From Acidimicrobiales bacterium (GTDB lineage Bacteria > Actinomycetota > Acidimicrobiia > Acidimicrobiales > Bin134): 64,000 nt of DNA. Location of the stretch: the NCBI GenBank assembly GCA_965208505.1, contig OZ242339.1, positions 2,011,162 to 2,075,161 of the forward strand, given 5' to 3'. The translations under genes were made by a program, and so were the position numbers. The notes beneath the pieces were generated by a model. It saw only the letters and a program-made list of their open reading frames with translations, was not told where the DNA came from and searched no databases. This document shows positions 21,595 through 30,373 of the stretch, piece after piece (position 1 is the stretch's first letter; the number at the start of each line of letters is the position of its first letter).

Positions 21595-23034
21595 TTACCA
21601 CTCGCAGTTGTTGTCGTCGTCGCAGACCGCTTGCGTAGCGATTGCGTCGATGACCTCGAGCGAGCGAACTGGGTCGAGAATCACGGCGGTTCCCGTTGTT
21701 CCGTCGGAGTTGAATGGTGTGTACGCAGAAGTCACGTTGTTTACTCCACCATCGGTGTAGTCACCTGACCCGGTCACACCTTCGTAGTCAACGTCCTCAC
21801 CAGCTCGGATCAAAGCCAGGCATTCAAGGTATGTGTAGCACACAGTGCCCGGCGCTGAGCCGACCTCCCGCATCGCGGGGGCCCAGTCCGAAGCATTCAA
21901 TGAGCCGGCGGCTTCAACCGCCAGGGCGGTATGCACCATCACGTCGTAAGTCGAGAAGTGGTAGAGGTCGGTCGCCGGGCCGAATTCATCTCCGTAGCCG
22001 GCGGTGCCGTCCCAAGCGTTCGAGAAGAACTCCCAAGCAGGCGTCGAATCGTCAAACGTAAACGCTGCAAAGCCGATGCCCTTCTGGGTGTCGATGACAT
22101 CGACTCCCAAGGTCGCTATGAACTCCTGCTGAACGAGACCGGTCTCGCCGATCCACTCGAGTGACAGGCCCGCTTCGGCGGCCTGCTTGATGATGGTTCC
22201 TGCCTCGACCGGACCCACTTGGAGAATGACAGCGTCCGGATTGAGGTCTGCTATGCGCTCTACCTGTGCCCGGTAAGAAGGCTCCTCAGCGGGCGCGTCT
22301 ATTCGGTCAAGCACCTCGATGCCGACCCCATCGGCAGCGGCCTGTGCCGCGTTGGCTGCAAGCTGGAATCCCTCCACCTGGGTCGCGAAGATGACGACGG
22401 AGTTAACGCCTATCGATTCCGCATACAGGATGCCTGACGTGCCCAGGCCCTCGTCCAAGCCCTGAGCTCGGAAAATCGGTTCCGCCGCATTTCCACCGAG
22501 GTTGCCCGGAATTGCCCCGCCGTGGACAGATGGCACAATCGGACTGTCGTTCTCGGCCCAATGCTCAACCATGAAGGGCCGATACGTGCGATACCCGTGG
22601 GCAATGCTGACGATGACGTCAGCGTCGTGGAGGTCCAGGCACGCCCGGGCCGCCTGCGGCTCACCGACCGTCCCGAGATCCTCTGACACGAGTTCCCATT
22701 CTCTACCTAGAGGCGGGTCCTGGTTGATTACCTCCTCAATCGGGAACCGCACGTCGGCTGTCAGGGATGGTCCTAGCGCGCCGAACTCGCCTGTGTAGTA
22801 GGCCAGCTCGCACACTGTCACAGGATCATCGGACATCTCATCGCCCGCGTCAGCGGTATCGCCTGCATCGGCGGCATCGCCTGCATCGGCGGCATCGCCG
22901 GTGTCAGCGGAGGAATCGGTCTCCGGCGTCGCGACGGGACTCGCGGCGTCATCATCGTTTCCACAAGCGCTGGCGATCAGCACTAACCCGAAGAGCAGGG
23001 CAATCACCTGCATCCACCTTCTGTTTGTCTTCAT
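21595..23034 (-). CDS. ABC transporter substrate-binding lipoprotein (branched-chain amino acid / LivJ-like type)
   Basis: Start at MKTNRRWMQVIALLFGLVLIASAC (signal peptide plus lipobox) with GGAG upstream. Followed by an acidic DA/DT-G linker and a periplasmic binding fold. Confidence 0.85.
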   Translation of the reverse strand: MKTNRRWMQVIALLFGLVLIASACGNDDDAASPVATPETDSSADTGDAADAGDAADAGDTADAGDEMSDDPVTVCELAYYTGEFGALGPSLTADVRFPIEEVINQDPPLGREWELVSEDLGTVGEPQAARACLDLHDADVIVSIAHGYRTYRPFMVEHWAENDSPIVPSVHGGAIPGNLGGNAAEPIFRAQGLDEGLGTSGILYAESIGVNSVVIFATQVEGFQLAANAAQAAADGVGIEVLDRIDAPAEEPSYRAQVERIADLNPDAVILQVGPVEAGTIIKQAAEAGLSLEWIGETGLVQQEFIATLGVDVIDTQKGIGFAAFTFDDSTPAWEFFSNAWDGTAGYGDEFGPATDLYHFSTYDVMVHTALAVEAAGSLNASDWAPAMREVGSAPGTVCYTYLECLALIRAGEDVDYEGVTGSGDYTDGGVNNVTSAYTPFNSDGTTGTAVILDPVRSLEVIDAIATQAVCDDDNNCEW

Positions 23035-23101
23035 GGTTGGTCTCCTTTTCTTGACTGCTCGGGCCCCGGAACCGGGCCGCAAGCTCTGGCTCCCCGGGGA
23101 G

Positions 23102-23842
23102 CTAGATCTGGTATCCCTCTCGTAGTAATTCGGTGGTGACAGCGTCAGCGGGCATCGGCTCCGAGCCGACGCCAAGGCTGAGGACCATCACCCGATCAGC
23201 GATGCCGAGGGCTTGGGTTGCGTTCTGCTCTGTCAGCACGATTGACACCCCCCGTGTGCGGTGGATTTCGGCGATCTTCTCGAAGAAGAGTTCGAGGTAG
23301 AGCGGCGACAGGCCGGCCGTGGGCTCGTCGAGCAGCAACACAGTTGGATCCTGCATAAGTGCGCGGCCGCAAGCGACCATCCTCGACTCGCCACCGCTAA
23401 GGTTCCCTGCCCGGAGATGAAGCTTGCCGTGCAGATCGGGAAACGTCTTGAATACTTCTTCGAGGCGTTCCTCGTGAGATCTAGTGCCAAACATCCCGCC
23501 GACAGCGAGGTTCTCAAGCACGGACAGATCTGGGAACACCGCGGCTTCCTGGGGCACGTAGCCAACCCCGAGGCGCGCAGACTCCGACGCCGCGAGGTTC
23601 GTGACATCGGTACCGTGAAAGGCCACGGAGCCTGTCATGGCTGGTACAAGCCCGGCAAGGGTTGCGAGCAGTGTGGTTTTTCCGGCACCGTTCGCACCCA
23701 GCACGGCAAAGATCTCGTGACCGACGGTGAACTCGACTTCGTGGAGTACCGCGACGCTGCCGTATCCGCTCGAGAGTCCGCTTACGGACACTGCCGGCGC
23801 CACAGATACGTCGCCGCCTTGGACCGCCGCTTGCTCACGCAC
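23102..23842 (-). CDS. ABC transporter ATP-binding protein (LivF-like)
   Basis: 246-aa ORF with Walker A GANGAGKTT, signature LSGGE and Walker B LLLDEP. Confidence 0.85.
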   Translation of the reverse strand: MREQAAVQGGDVSVAPAVSVSGLSSGYGSVAVLHEVEFTVGHEIFAVLGANGAGKTTLLATLAGLVPAMTGSVAFHGTDVTNLAASESARLGVGYVPQEAAVFPDLSVLENLAVGGMFGTRSHEERLEEVFKTFPDLHGKLHLRAGNLSGGESRMVACGRALMQDPTVLLLDEPTAGLSPLYLELFFEKIAEIHRTRGVSIVLTEQNATQALGIADRVMVLSLGVGSEPMPADAVTTELLREGYQI

Positions 23843-24611
23843 TTCCGGCCCCCAAGTAGCTCTCGACCACCGTTGGGTTGGCCCGAATCGTCGCGGGGTC
23901 GCCCTTCATGAGGACCTTCCCCTCAGCCATAAAGATCACTTCATCACACAAGTCCCAGATCACATCGAGGTCGTGCTCCACGATCACCACCGACGTTCCC
24001 GCGCTGGCGAGCTGTCGCACAGCGTCCTTCACCCGCTCAGTGTGGACTTCGGAAAGTCCAGCAGTCGGCTCATCCAGCAGAAGAACCGCGGGCTCAAGTA
24101 GAAGGCAGCGCACAATGTCGAGCAACTTCTTCTCTCCGCCTGAAAGGGCGACGGCTAGCGGATCATCGAAGCCGAAGTAGTCGAGCCAATGTCGGATCTC
24201 GTCTTCGTGTCGCTTGCGCACGGCTCGATCGGCCGCCGCAGCGAAGGGGCGCTCATAGCGCGCCTCGGTCACCGCTAGTAGCGCGGAGTCGAGGATGGTG
24301 AGGTGTTCGAAGTCGGTTATCACCTGTGTCGACTTGACAACGCCAAGCCCTGCCATCTGGCTGGTGCGAGTGGCAGACAGCAACACATCGCGCTGTCCAG
24401 GACGGTTGAGAGTGACCGTACCCCCGTCCAGCGGGATGGAGTGCATGATTAGGCGCATCAGTGTTGTTTTGCCGGCACCGTTGGGACCAAGTAGGCCTTC
24501 AACCGGGACAACCCCCAGTTCGAGTTCGTCGACATCGACGACTACCCGACCCGAGAACGACTTGGTGACGTCGCGAACACGGATCTGCGTCCGGGGGAAG
24601 TCACCAGTCAC
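23835..24611 (-). CDS. ABC transporter ATP-binding protein (LivG-like)
   Basis: 258-aa ORF with GPNGAGKTT, LSGGEKK and LLLDEPTAGL. Confidence 0.85.
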   Translation of the reverse strand: MTGDFPRTQIRVRDVTKSFSGRVVVDVDELELGVVPVEGLLGPNGAGKTTLMRLIMHSIPLDGGTVTLNRPGQRDVLLSATRTSQMAGLGVVKSTQVITDFEHLTILDSALLAVTEARYERPFAAAADRAVRKRHEDEIRHWLDYFGFDDPLAVALSGGEKKLLDIVRCLLLEPAVLLLDEPTAGLSEVHTERVKDAVRQLASAGTSVVIVEHDLDVIWDLCDEVIFMAEGKVLMKGDPATIRANPTVVESYLGAGSA

Positions 24612-25554
24612 CGTGGAGCCTCCGCATGAGCGCAGGACGTCGCATCTGCCCGAGCAGTCCCTGTGGCCGAAATATCAAGACGAGAACGATGGCGGCTCCG
24701 AACACCGCCTCGCGGGCTACGGGAAGCGCCTGGGTGTTCCACCCGTCCGGAATCGGGAGATAGAACTGGATCACGATGTCGAAGAGGGCGACAGTCAACA
24801 GGACGCCGACGACGGCCCCGAACACCCGAGCCGTGCCGCCGAGTATCAATGCGGCAAGAGCAGCCAGAGTCACGCTGACGTCAAGACTGTTGATCTCCAG
24901 CGATCGCACCATGACCCCGTGCATCGCGCCGAGTAGTCCCATGGCGCCCGACGTGACCGTCATCATGCGGAGCCTGGCCGCGGTGGCGGACTTTCCAAGG
25001 TTGCGCGCCAGCGCTTCGTTGGCACCAATTGCGATCAGCAGACGGCCGTGAGGCGTGCGGTGGACCCTCCAGGCGTACGCAAAGATCAAGACCACCACTG
25101 CTGCTGTAATCAGCAGCCACGTGAATTCGTGGATCTTCACCCGACCGAAATCGTAGGGAAAGCCAAGGCTACCGAGGCCAAGTGCCCCTCCCGTCAACCC
25201 TTGTTGCGTCGTCGCGAGGATGACCACGATCGTGGCGAAGCCGAGGGTACCGACGAGGGTTCCGTCGTCGTCGAGATCTGAGATCAACCACCCGACGACT
25301 AAGCCAGCTACCGCTGCCATAAGCGTCGCGATCGCCGCACACACGAGGAACTGGTACGGATCGCCGAACGGCCAATCGACCTTCACATAGGCAACGCCGG
25401 ACGCATACAGACCCACCCCCCAGAATCCCACAACCCCAAAGTTCGCGATCCGGGTCAGGCCGAGTTGGAGATGCACCAATAGGCCAAGCCCCATGATCTC
25501 CACGACCTTGAACGCGCCAAAGATGAGGAACGCGTCGAGCCAGTCGAGGTTCAT
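24601..25554 (-). CDS. branched-chain amino acid ABC transporter permease (LivM-like)
   Basis: Start at MNLDWLDAFLIFGAF, 2 nt after the upstream gene stop. Polytopic membrane protein. Confidence 0.8.
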   Translation of the reverse strand: MNLDWLDAFLIFGAFKVVEIMGLGLLVHLQLGLTRIANFGVVGFWGVGLYASGVAYVKVDWPFGDPYQFLVCAAIATLMAAVAGLVVGWLISDLDDDGTLVGTLGFATIVVILATTQQGLTGGALGLGSLGFPYDFGRVKIHEFTWLLITAAVVVLIFAYAWRVHRTPHGRLLIAIGANEALARNLGKSATAARLRMMTVTSGAMGLLGAMHGVMVRSLEINSLDVSVTLAALAALILGGTARVFGAVVGVLLTVALFDIVIQFYLPIPDGWNTQALPVAREAVFGAAIVLVLIFRPQGLLGQMRRPALMRRLHGDW

Positions 25555-25556
25555 TG

Positions 25557-26585
25557 TCAGACCTTCGATCCGTCGGTGAGCCGACGACCACGGAACTTGA
25601 GCACACCGAGAAAGGCGAGAACGAGGACGAGCTCCGCGTACAGGCTGTTGCCGTATTCCAGTGTGATGCCGGTCAGGGCGATTCCGGTGGCGATGCCTAC
25701 GACCACGACGCCGAGCAGGCCCCAGTTTCCACCAACCAGCACCACAAGCAGGATCAAGAGGATCTCGTTGATGCCGAGAAAGGACTCCACAGAGGCTCCT
25801 GCCCCGTAGAACACGCCAGCTAGGCCACCGCACAACCCGGCGACGAACCAGATCAAGATGGTCACCCGGAGCGGACGAATTCCACTCGCCTGCGCCAACC
25901 CCTCGTTACTGGCCAGCGCTCGGATCTGGAGCCCATGGCTCGTGCGCTTGATGAACTGGTACACGATTGTCGTCAGAGCGACAACGCTGGCGAGCGCCAG
26001 CAACCGAAACAGGGAGACCCCGACCCCGAATACTTCGATCGTGTTTGGAGGCGGGATGTCAAAGGCGCGTCGGCGATAGCCGAAGACGAACTGCAATCCG
26101 TGTTGCAGGAAGATCGACAATCCGAATGAGATGACGATCATCTCGAGGGTGCCCGCGCGCCGTCCCTTGGCAACGCGAAATATGGCGAGATATGTGACGA
26201 CACTGAGAACACCAGCGAGCAGGCCAGCGGGGATAAGAACCACGTAGAACCCGAGCCCCCACGAATTGTTCATCCAGACCGCGAAGTACGCACCGAGGGT
26301 GATGGTCTCGGCATAGGCGACGTTCAACAGTCCGGTGAGGCGGTACAACAGGGCAAAGCCGAGGGCGGCGAGCACTAGCGGGGCGTTTTCGGTCGCGCCC
26401 ACCACGAAAGTCGTGGCCCAGAAGTCGAACAACGCCGCAAGAACCACAACGACAACTCCGACGACGACGCTGATGGCCCATGCCGGCGAGAGACCGAACT
26501 TAGACCAGCCTTTGCGCTCTCCGGATGGAACCACCGTCTCCGGATTCGTCGATGCTTCCGACGTCTGGGAGGTCACGAAAGACAT
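25557..26585 (-). CDS. branched-chain amino acid ABC transporter permease (LivH-like)
   Basis: Start at MSFVTSQTSEAS. Polytopic membrane protein. The upstream part of the 26906 ORF overlaps the gntR-family gene and was discarded. Confidence 0.8.
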   Translation of the reverse strand: MSFVTSQTSEASTNPETVVPSGERKGWSKFGLSPAWAISVVVGVVVVVLAALFDFWATTFVVGATENAPLVLAALGFALLYRLTGLLNVAYAETITLGAYFAVWMNNSWGLGFYVVLIPAGLLAGVLSVVTYLAIFRVAKGRRAGTLEMIVISFGLSIFLQHGLQFVFGYRRRAFDIPPPNTIEVFGVGVSLFRLLALASVVALTTIVYQFIKRTSHGLQIRALASNEGLAQASGIRPLRVTILIWFVAGLCGGLAGVFYGAGASVESFLGINEILLILLVVLVGGNWGLLGVVVVGIATGIALTGITLEYGNSLYAELVLVLAFLGVLKFRGRRLTDGSKV

Positions 26586-26648
26586 CCGCCCGCGTGATTC
26601 AGTTGCAAAGCGGTCGTCGACATCTTGGCCCCCCAGCCCCTCGCTAGT

Positions 26649-26664
26649 CGATAATCGATTATCG
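26649..26664. promoter_or_regulatory. perfect 16-bp palindrome CGATAATCGATTATCG (putative GntR-family operator)
   Basis: 64 nt upstream of the permease start. The core TCGATAATCG recurs at 27380-27392 and 34067-34079. Confidence 0.4.
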
Positions 26665-26682
26665 CAAAGACTCAGTGGATGG

Positions 26683-27354
26683 TCAAGATGATTGCTCGCC
26701 GTGGTCGGCTTGAAAGAACATCTTTCGCACACTGAGCTGGTGCGCTCTCGCTCGGCTAGCAGCCAAGTCCGGATCGCGCTGGATGAGTGCCTCAAGGATG
26801 CCGCTGTGCTGGGCCAGAATCCCTCGTAGCGGCACGTTGGGAGACGTAAGCGTGATAAAGGTGCGGGCAAACGGCTCGAGTTGTCCGAATACCCTTTCAG
26901 CAGCACCGTTCCCCGATGCTCGGACGATGATTCGATGAAATCCGGCGTCTGCCTCAGTCATTCCGACGTAGTCACCAGCTTCGAGTCGATCAGACATGAG
27001 CTGATGCGCGCTCTGGAGCGCCTCGATGGTTTCGTCGTCCAGCCGCTCGGCCGCGAGCCGGGCCGCCAGCGCGTCGACTTCGGCCCGCACTTCGCTGACG
27101 TCGCAGAGCTCGCTATTGGTCGGCTTTCGGACTCGCGCCCCTCGCCGTGACTCGATCTCAACAAGACCGGCGGCCGCCAAGTCGCGAAGCGCTTCACGGA
27201 CCGGGGACTGACTTATCTCGAGCTCCTTCGCCAGACGGCTCTCGACGATACGCTCCCCTGGCACGAGCTCGCCCTTGACTATCCGGTCGAGCAGGAGACG
27301 CTTGGTTGTGGTCGAGAGAGGTTCGGAACCGAGGACGGAACTGTCGAGGACCAT
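26683..27354 (-). CDS. GntR family transcriptional regulator (FadR/FCD subfamily)
   Basis: 223-aa ORF with an N-terminal wHTH (ESRLAKELEISQSPVREALRDL) and an all-helical FCD-like C-terminus. Confidence 0.85.
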   Translation of the reverse strand: MVLDSSVLGSEPLSTTTKRLLLDRIVKGELVPGERIVESRLAKELEISQSPVREALRDLAAAGLVEIESRRGARVRKPTNSELCDVSEVRAEVDALAARLAAERLDDETIEALQSAHQLMSDRLEAGDYVGMTEADAGFHRIIVRASGNGAAERVFGQLEPFARTFITLTSPNVPLRGILAQHSGILEALIQRDPDLAASRARAHQLSVRKMFFQADHGEQSS

Positions 27355-27379
27355 AAGAGGCGGATTCCTGGGTGGGCTT

Positions 27380-27392
27380 TCGATTATCGATT
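27380..27392. promoter_or_regulatory. second copy of operator-like motif (TCGATTATCGATT)
   Basis: 26-38 nt upstream of the gntR-family ATG. Reverse complement contains TCGATAATCGA. Confidence 0.35.
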
Positions 27393-27400
27393 GCTTCTGG

Positions 27401-28309
27401 TCATGCTACACCGCGTAGCCGTAAGCGCTCACGAGCCTCCGTCGGAGAAGCAACACTACGATGGACAGCCTCGGCCAGCATTCGGACCCGTTCGACCTGG
27501 TCCCGGTTCGCCTCCGCGAGGCGGCCTGGGCCGTCCCACAATGAGTCCTCGAGGCCCACGCGGGCGTTGTCGCCCAGTGCGAGCGAAAGGGCGGCAACAC
27601 GGATCTGAGCCGCACCTGCGCCGAGTACCGACCACTCGAAGTCGTCGCCGAAGAGCCGTTCAGCTGTGCGGCGTTGATGTATCACATCGTCAACATCGGC
27701 TCCCATCCCCCCGAGAATGCCGAACACGGACTGCACAAAGAACGGGGGCTCCACGAGGCCACGGTCGACGAAGTGAGCCAAGTTGTAGAGATGGGCAGTG
27801 TCGTAGCACTCGAATTCGAACCGAGTGCCTTGATCTCCGCAGGACTTGAGAATGCGTTCTATGTCCTCGAAGGAGTTTCTGAAGATCAGTGACTTATTGC
27901 CTAGATGGGTGCGCTCCCAGTCATAGCGAAACTCGGCGAAGCGTTCCAGCATGGGGTATAGGCCAAAGTTCATGGTGCCCATGTTGAGCGAGGCAAGTTC
28001 GGGTGCGAGCTCCAGTGCGGGGCGAATGCGCTCATCAATGGTCATGTGAGGACTACCCCCAGTGGTGACATTGATGACCACCTTGCTCTCGCCGCGGATG
28101 TGGTCGAGCAGCTCCCGGAACAGGCCGACATCCTGGACCGGATGACCATCCTCAGGATCGCGCACGTGAAGGTGTACGACCGCAGCACCGGCCTCGGCGG
28201 CGCCGATGGCGGCGGTGGCGATCTCACTCGGCGTGACGGGAAGGTACGGCGACATCGACGGGGTATGGATGGCTCCCGTTGGCGCGCAGGTGATGATTGC
28301 GGATCGCAT
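27401..28309 (-). CDS. 3-keto-5-aminohexanoate cleavage enzyme family (BKACE/DUF849) protein
   Basis: 302-aa ORF. IITCAPTGAIHTPSMSPYLPVTPSEIA...GAAVVHLHVRDPEDG is diagnostic of the family. Confidence 0.85.
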   Translation of the reverse strand: MRSAIITCAPTGAIHTPSMSPYLPVTPSEIATAAIGAAEAGAAVVHLHVRDPEDGHPVQDVGLFRELLDHIRGESKVVINVTTGGSPHMTIDERIRPALELAPELASLNMGTMNFGLYPMLERFAEFRYDWERTHLGNKSLIFRNSFEDIERILKSCGDQGTRFEFECYDTAHLYNLAHFVDRGLVEPPFFVQSVFGILGGMGADVDDVIHQRRTAERLFGDDFEWSVLGAGAAQIRVAALSLALGDNARVGLEDSLWDGPGRLAEANRDQVERVRMLAEAVHRSVASPTEARERLRLRGVA

Positions 28310-29040
28310 CAGGTTTCCTCGAATCCGGGTCCCGGCTTTGACGTCGCCGGGATGTCCCCTGTGTCGGTTTCGAACAAAGAGAATGAGATATCGCCGGTTC
28401 GGTCAGCGATAAGGGAGAAGCCGTGGAGGAAAGGGGGCTCACGCGTGTAGACGTTCTCGAATCCAAGCCGAACGGCCCTGAGCACTGGCGAGTGGGTGAT
28501 GGCGACGATGGTTGCTCCCGCCCGCCCGGCACCGTCGCCAAGGCTCCTGACGAACGACACGATCCGCCGAGCGACAGCGTGGGCGTCCTCTCCGGGCGGA
28601 TTCGGATGCTCCAGCCAGTAGCCGACCCTCTCCTCGGCGGTGATCAGCTTTCCGAAGAACGGAGAACCGACTACATCATCGGGGCTGATGCCGGGTGCCT
28701 GCCCAGCGATTGCCTCGGCCCCCTCCGCGATGTTGACGCGGTGCCCACCGAGGTAAAGGTCGGGGTTTCGGAGGGCAAAGCTCACCGCGGGATCAGGCAG
28801 CTCGGGGGAACCAGTCACGCCTCGATAGCCGGCTGCGAACGCAGTTGCCGTGTCGAGGGTCCGTGCCGTCTCTCCGCTGAGCAGGCACTCGATCTCAACG
28901 CCCCCTTCCGCGAACCAGCGACCGGCGGCCTCGGACTGGGCAACCCCGAGATCGGTGAGACCCACATCACTGCGGTGGTGGGCGACTTGGCCGTGCCGAA
29001 GGAGAATCGCCTGCACGGCGCGGCCTTCTTGAGAGGTCAT
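28309..29040 (-). CDS. histidine phosphatase (phosphoglycerate mutase-like) family protein
   Basis: Start at MTSQEGRAVQAILLRHGQ (RHG catalytic motif). The upstream ORF extension was discarded. Confidence 0.7.
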   Translation of the reverse strand: MTSQEGRAVQAILLRHGQVAHHRSDVGLTDLGVAQSEAAGRWFAEGGVEIECLLSGETARTLDTATAFAAGYRGVTGSPELPDPAVSFALRNPDLYLGGHRVNIAEGAEAIAGQAPGISPDDVVGSPFFGKLITAEERVGYWLEHPNPPGEDAHAVARRIVSFVRSLGDGAGRAGATIVAITHSPVLRAVRLGFENVYTREPPFLHGFSLIADRTGDISFSLFETDTGDIPATSKPGPGFEET

Positions 29041-29071
29041 CGTCGTCGTCCTATCCCATTGTGGCCAGCGC

Positions 29072-30319
29072 TCACTGGGATTGAGCCTTCTTCCAACGTT
29101 CCATGAACAATTCGAAGACCGCGTCAGCGAAGGGCTCGTCGTTGATGAGGTTGTCCATCTCGACAAGTTCAGTGGACGGATCGAGAGTTGAGCGAATGGC
29201 GTCGAACAGCGGCGTGATGTCCACCCCGTGCCATTGGCTGCCCTCCTTGAAGTAGTTATCGAGGCCCTGGAGGGGCAGGGCAACTGCTTTAGGCCCAATG
29301 CTTTGGTTCACGTGATCGGCCAGATATTCGCCTAGTCGAGTCATCTCGTCGGGGGTCGCGAGCAGCGAGGTGATGTTGGGGTTGTGAAGAATGATGTTGC
29401 GCTCAGGGGTGTTGTACTTCTCAGGTATGGTTTCGGGCGCCGCAAAGTTGAAACACTCGATTGCGCCTGGAACCACCACGAGCGGAATGCTGTTGCGAGT
29501 CGCGGCCGACATCCGCTCGATGTCGAGACGGAAGATGCCGTCATTCCAAGTGTTGAGCAATTCGGCCAGCGTGAAGTCGATGAGTCCGTCGATGATGCCC
29601 TCATCAATGAGGTGCTCCATGCCAGCACCCTCTCCAACGGCATGGAAGGTAACGACCTGGAATCCCTCGGCTTCGAGTTGTTCACGTATCCGCATCACGC
29701 CAGGGGTGGTGACCCCGAACATCGAGATGGCGATCAGCGGCTCACCTTCGGTGGCCAGCGCCTTAGTGGCCTCGTATCCCTGAGCCATCCCCGCGATCGA
29801 TCCTGCGGCATTGGACAGGACCAGCTTGGAGACGTTGTTGATACCGGCAATGTCGGTCACCGCGTTGGCCATGTGCATGTCGGAATGCCCAACATAGGGA
29901 CGGACGTCGCCCGACGCCATGGTCGAGACCATGAGCTTTGGAAAGCCGAGCGGTAATGTCCGGAAGGCATCGGTGAGGAGGTAGGTGCCGCCGGACCCAC
30001 CCAAGCCCATCACACCTTGAATTCGTCCGCTCGAAACGAGTTCGCCAAGTACGGTCGCGAGGCCCTCGCCCATGCCCTCAACTGCGGCGACGCGTCCTCC
30101 GGCACCTTCGACGCCAGCACGGAAATCAGCGAGGTCGATCCCGGCCGCGCTGGCGACCTCGTCTGCGGAGACGTCGGGGGCGAAGTGCGGAGTTCCGAGG
30201 ACCCCGCAGTCGATCACCAATACGTCGACGCCAGCTTCGATAAGACGGTCGCGCACGAACTCGTACTCAGCGCCTTTCGTGTCGAGGGTACCTGCGAGGC
30301 ACACGGTGGTGTTCGGCAT
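29072..30319 (-). CDS. Tm-1-like ATP-binding domain protein (UPF0261)
   Basis: 415-aa ORF with N-terminus VCLAGTLDTKGAEYEFVRDRL and family-typical length. Confidence 0.8.
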   Translation of the reverse strand: MPNTTVCLAGTLDTKGAEYEFVRDRLIEAGVDVLVIDCGVLGTPHFAPDVSADEVASAAGIDLADFRAGVEGAGGRVAAVEGMGEGLATVLGELVSSGRIQGVMGLGGSGGTYLLTDAFRTLPLGFPKLMVSTMASGDVRPYVGHSDMHMANAVTDIAGINNVSKLVLSNAAGSIAGMAQGYEATKALATEGEPLIAISMFGVTTPGVMRIREQLEAEGFQVVTFHAVGEGAGMEHLIDEGIIDGLIDFTLAELLNTWNDGIFRLDIERMSAATRNSIPLVVVPGAIECFNFAAPETIPEKYNTPERNIILHNPNITSLLATPDEMTRLGEYLADHVNQSIGPKAVALPLQGLDNYFKEGSQWHGVDITPLFDAIRSTLDPSTELVEMDNLINDEPFADAVFELFMERWKKAQSQ

Positions 30320-30373
30320 TGGTCTGTCTCCTTTGTTGTTGTCAGTTCGTTCATATCGTGAGGTGTCGCACGA

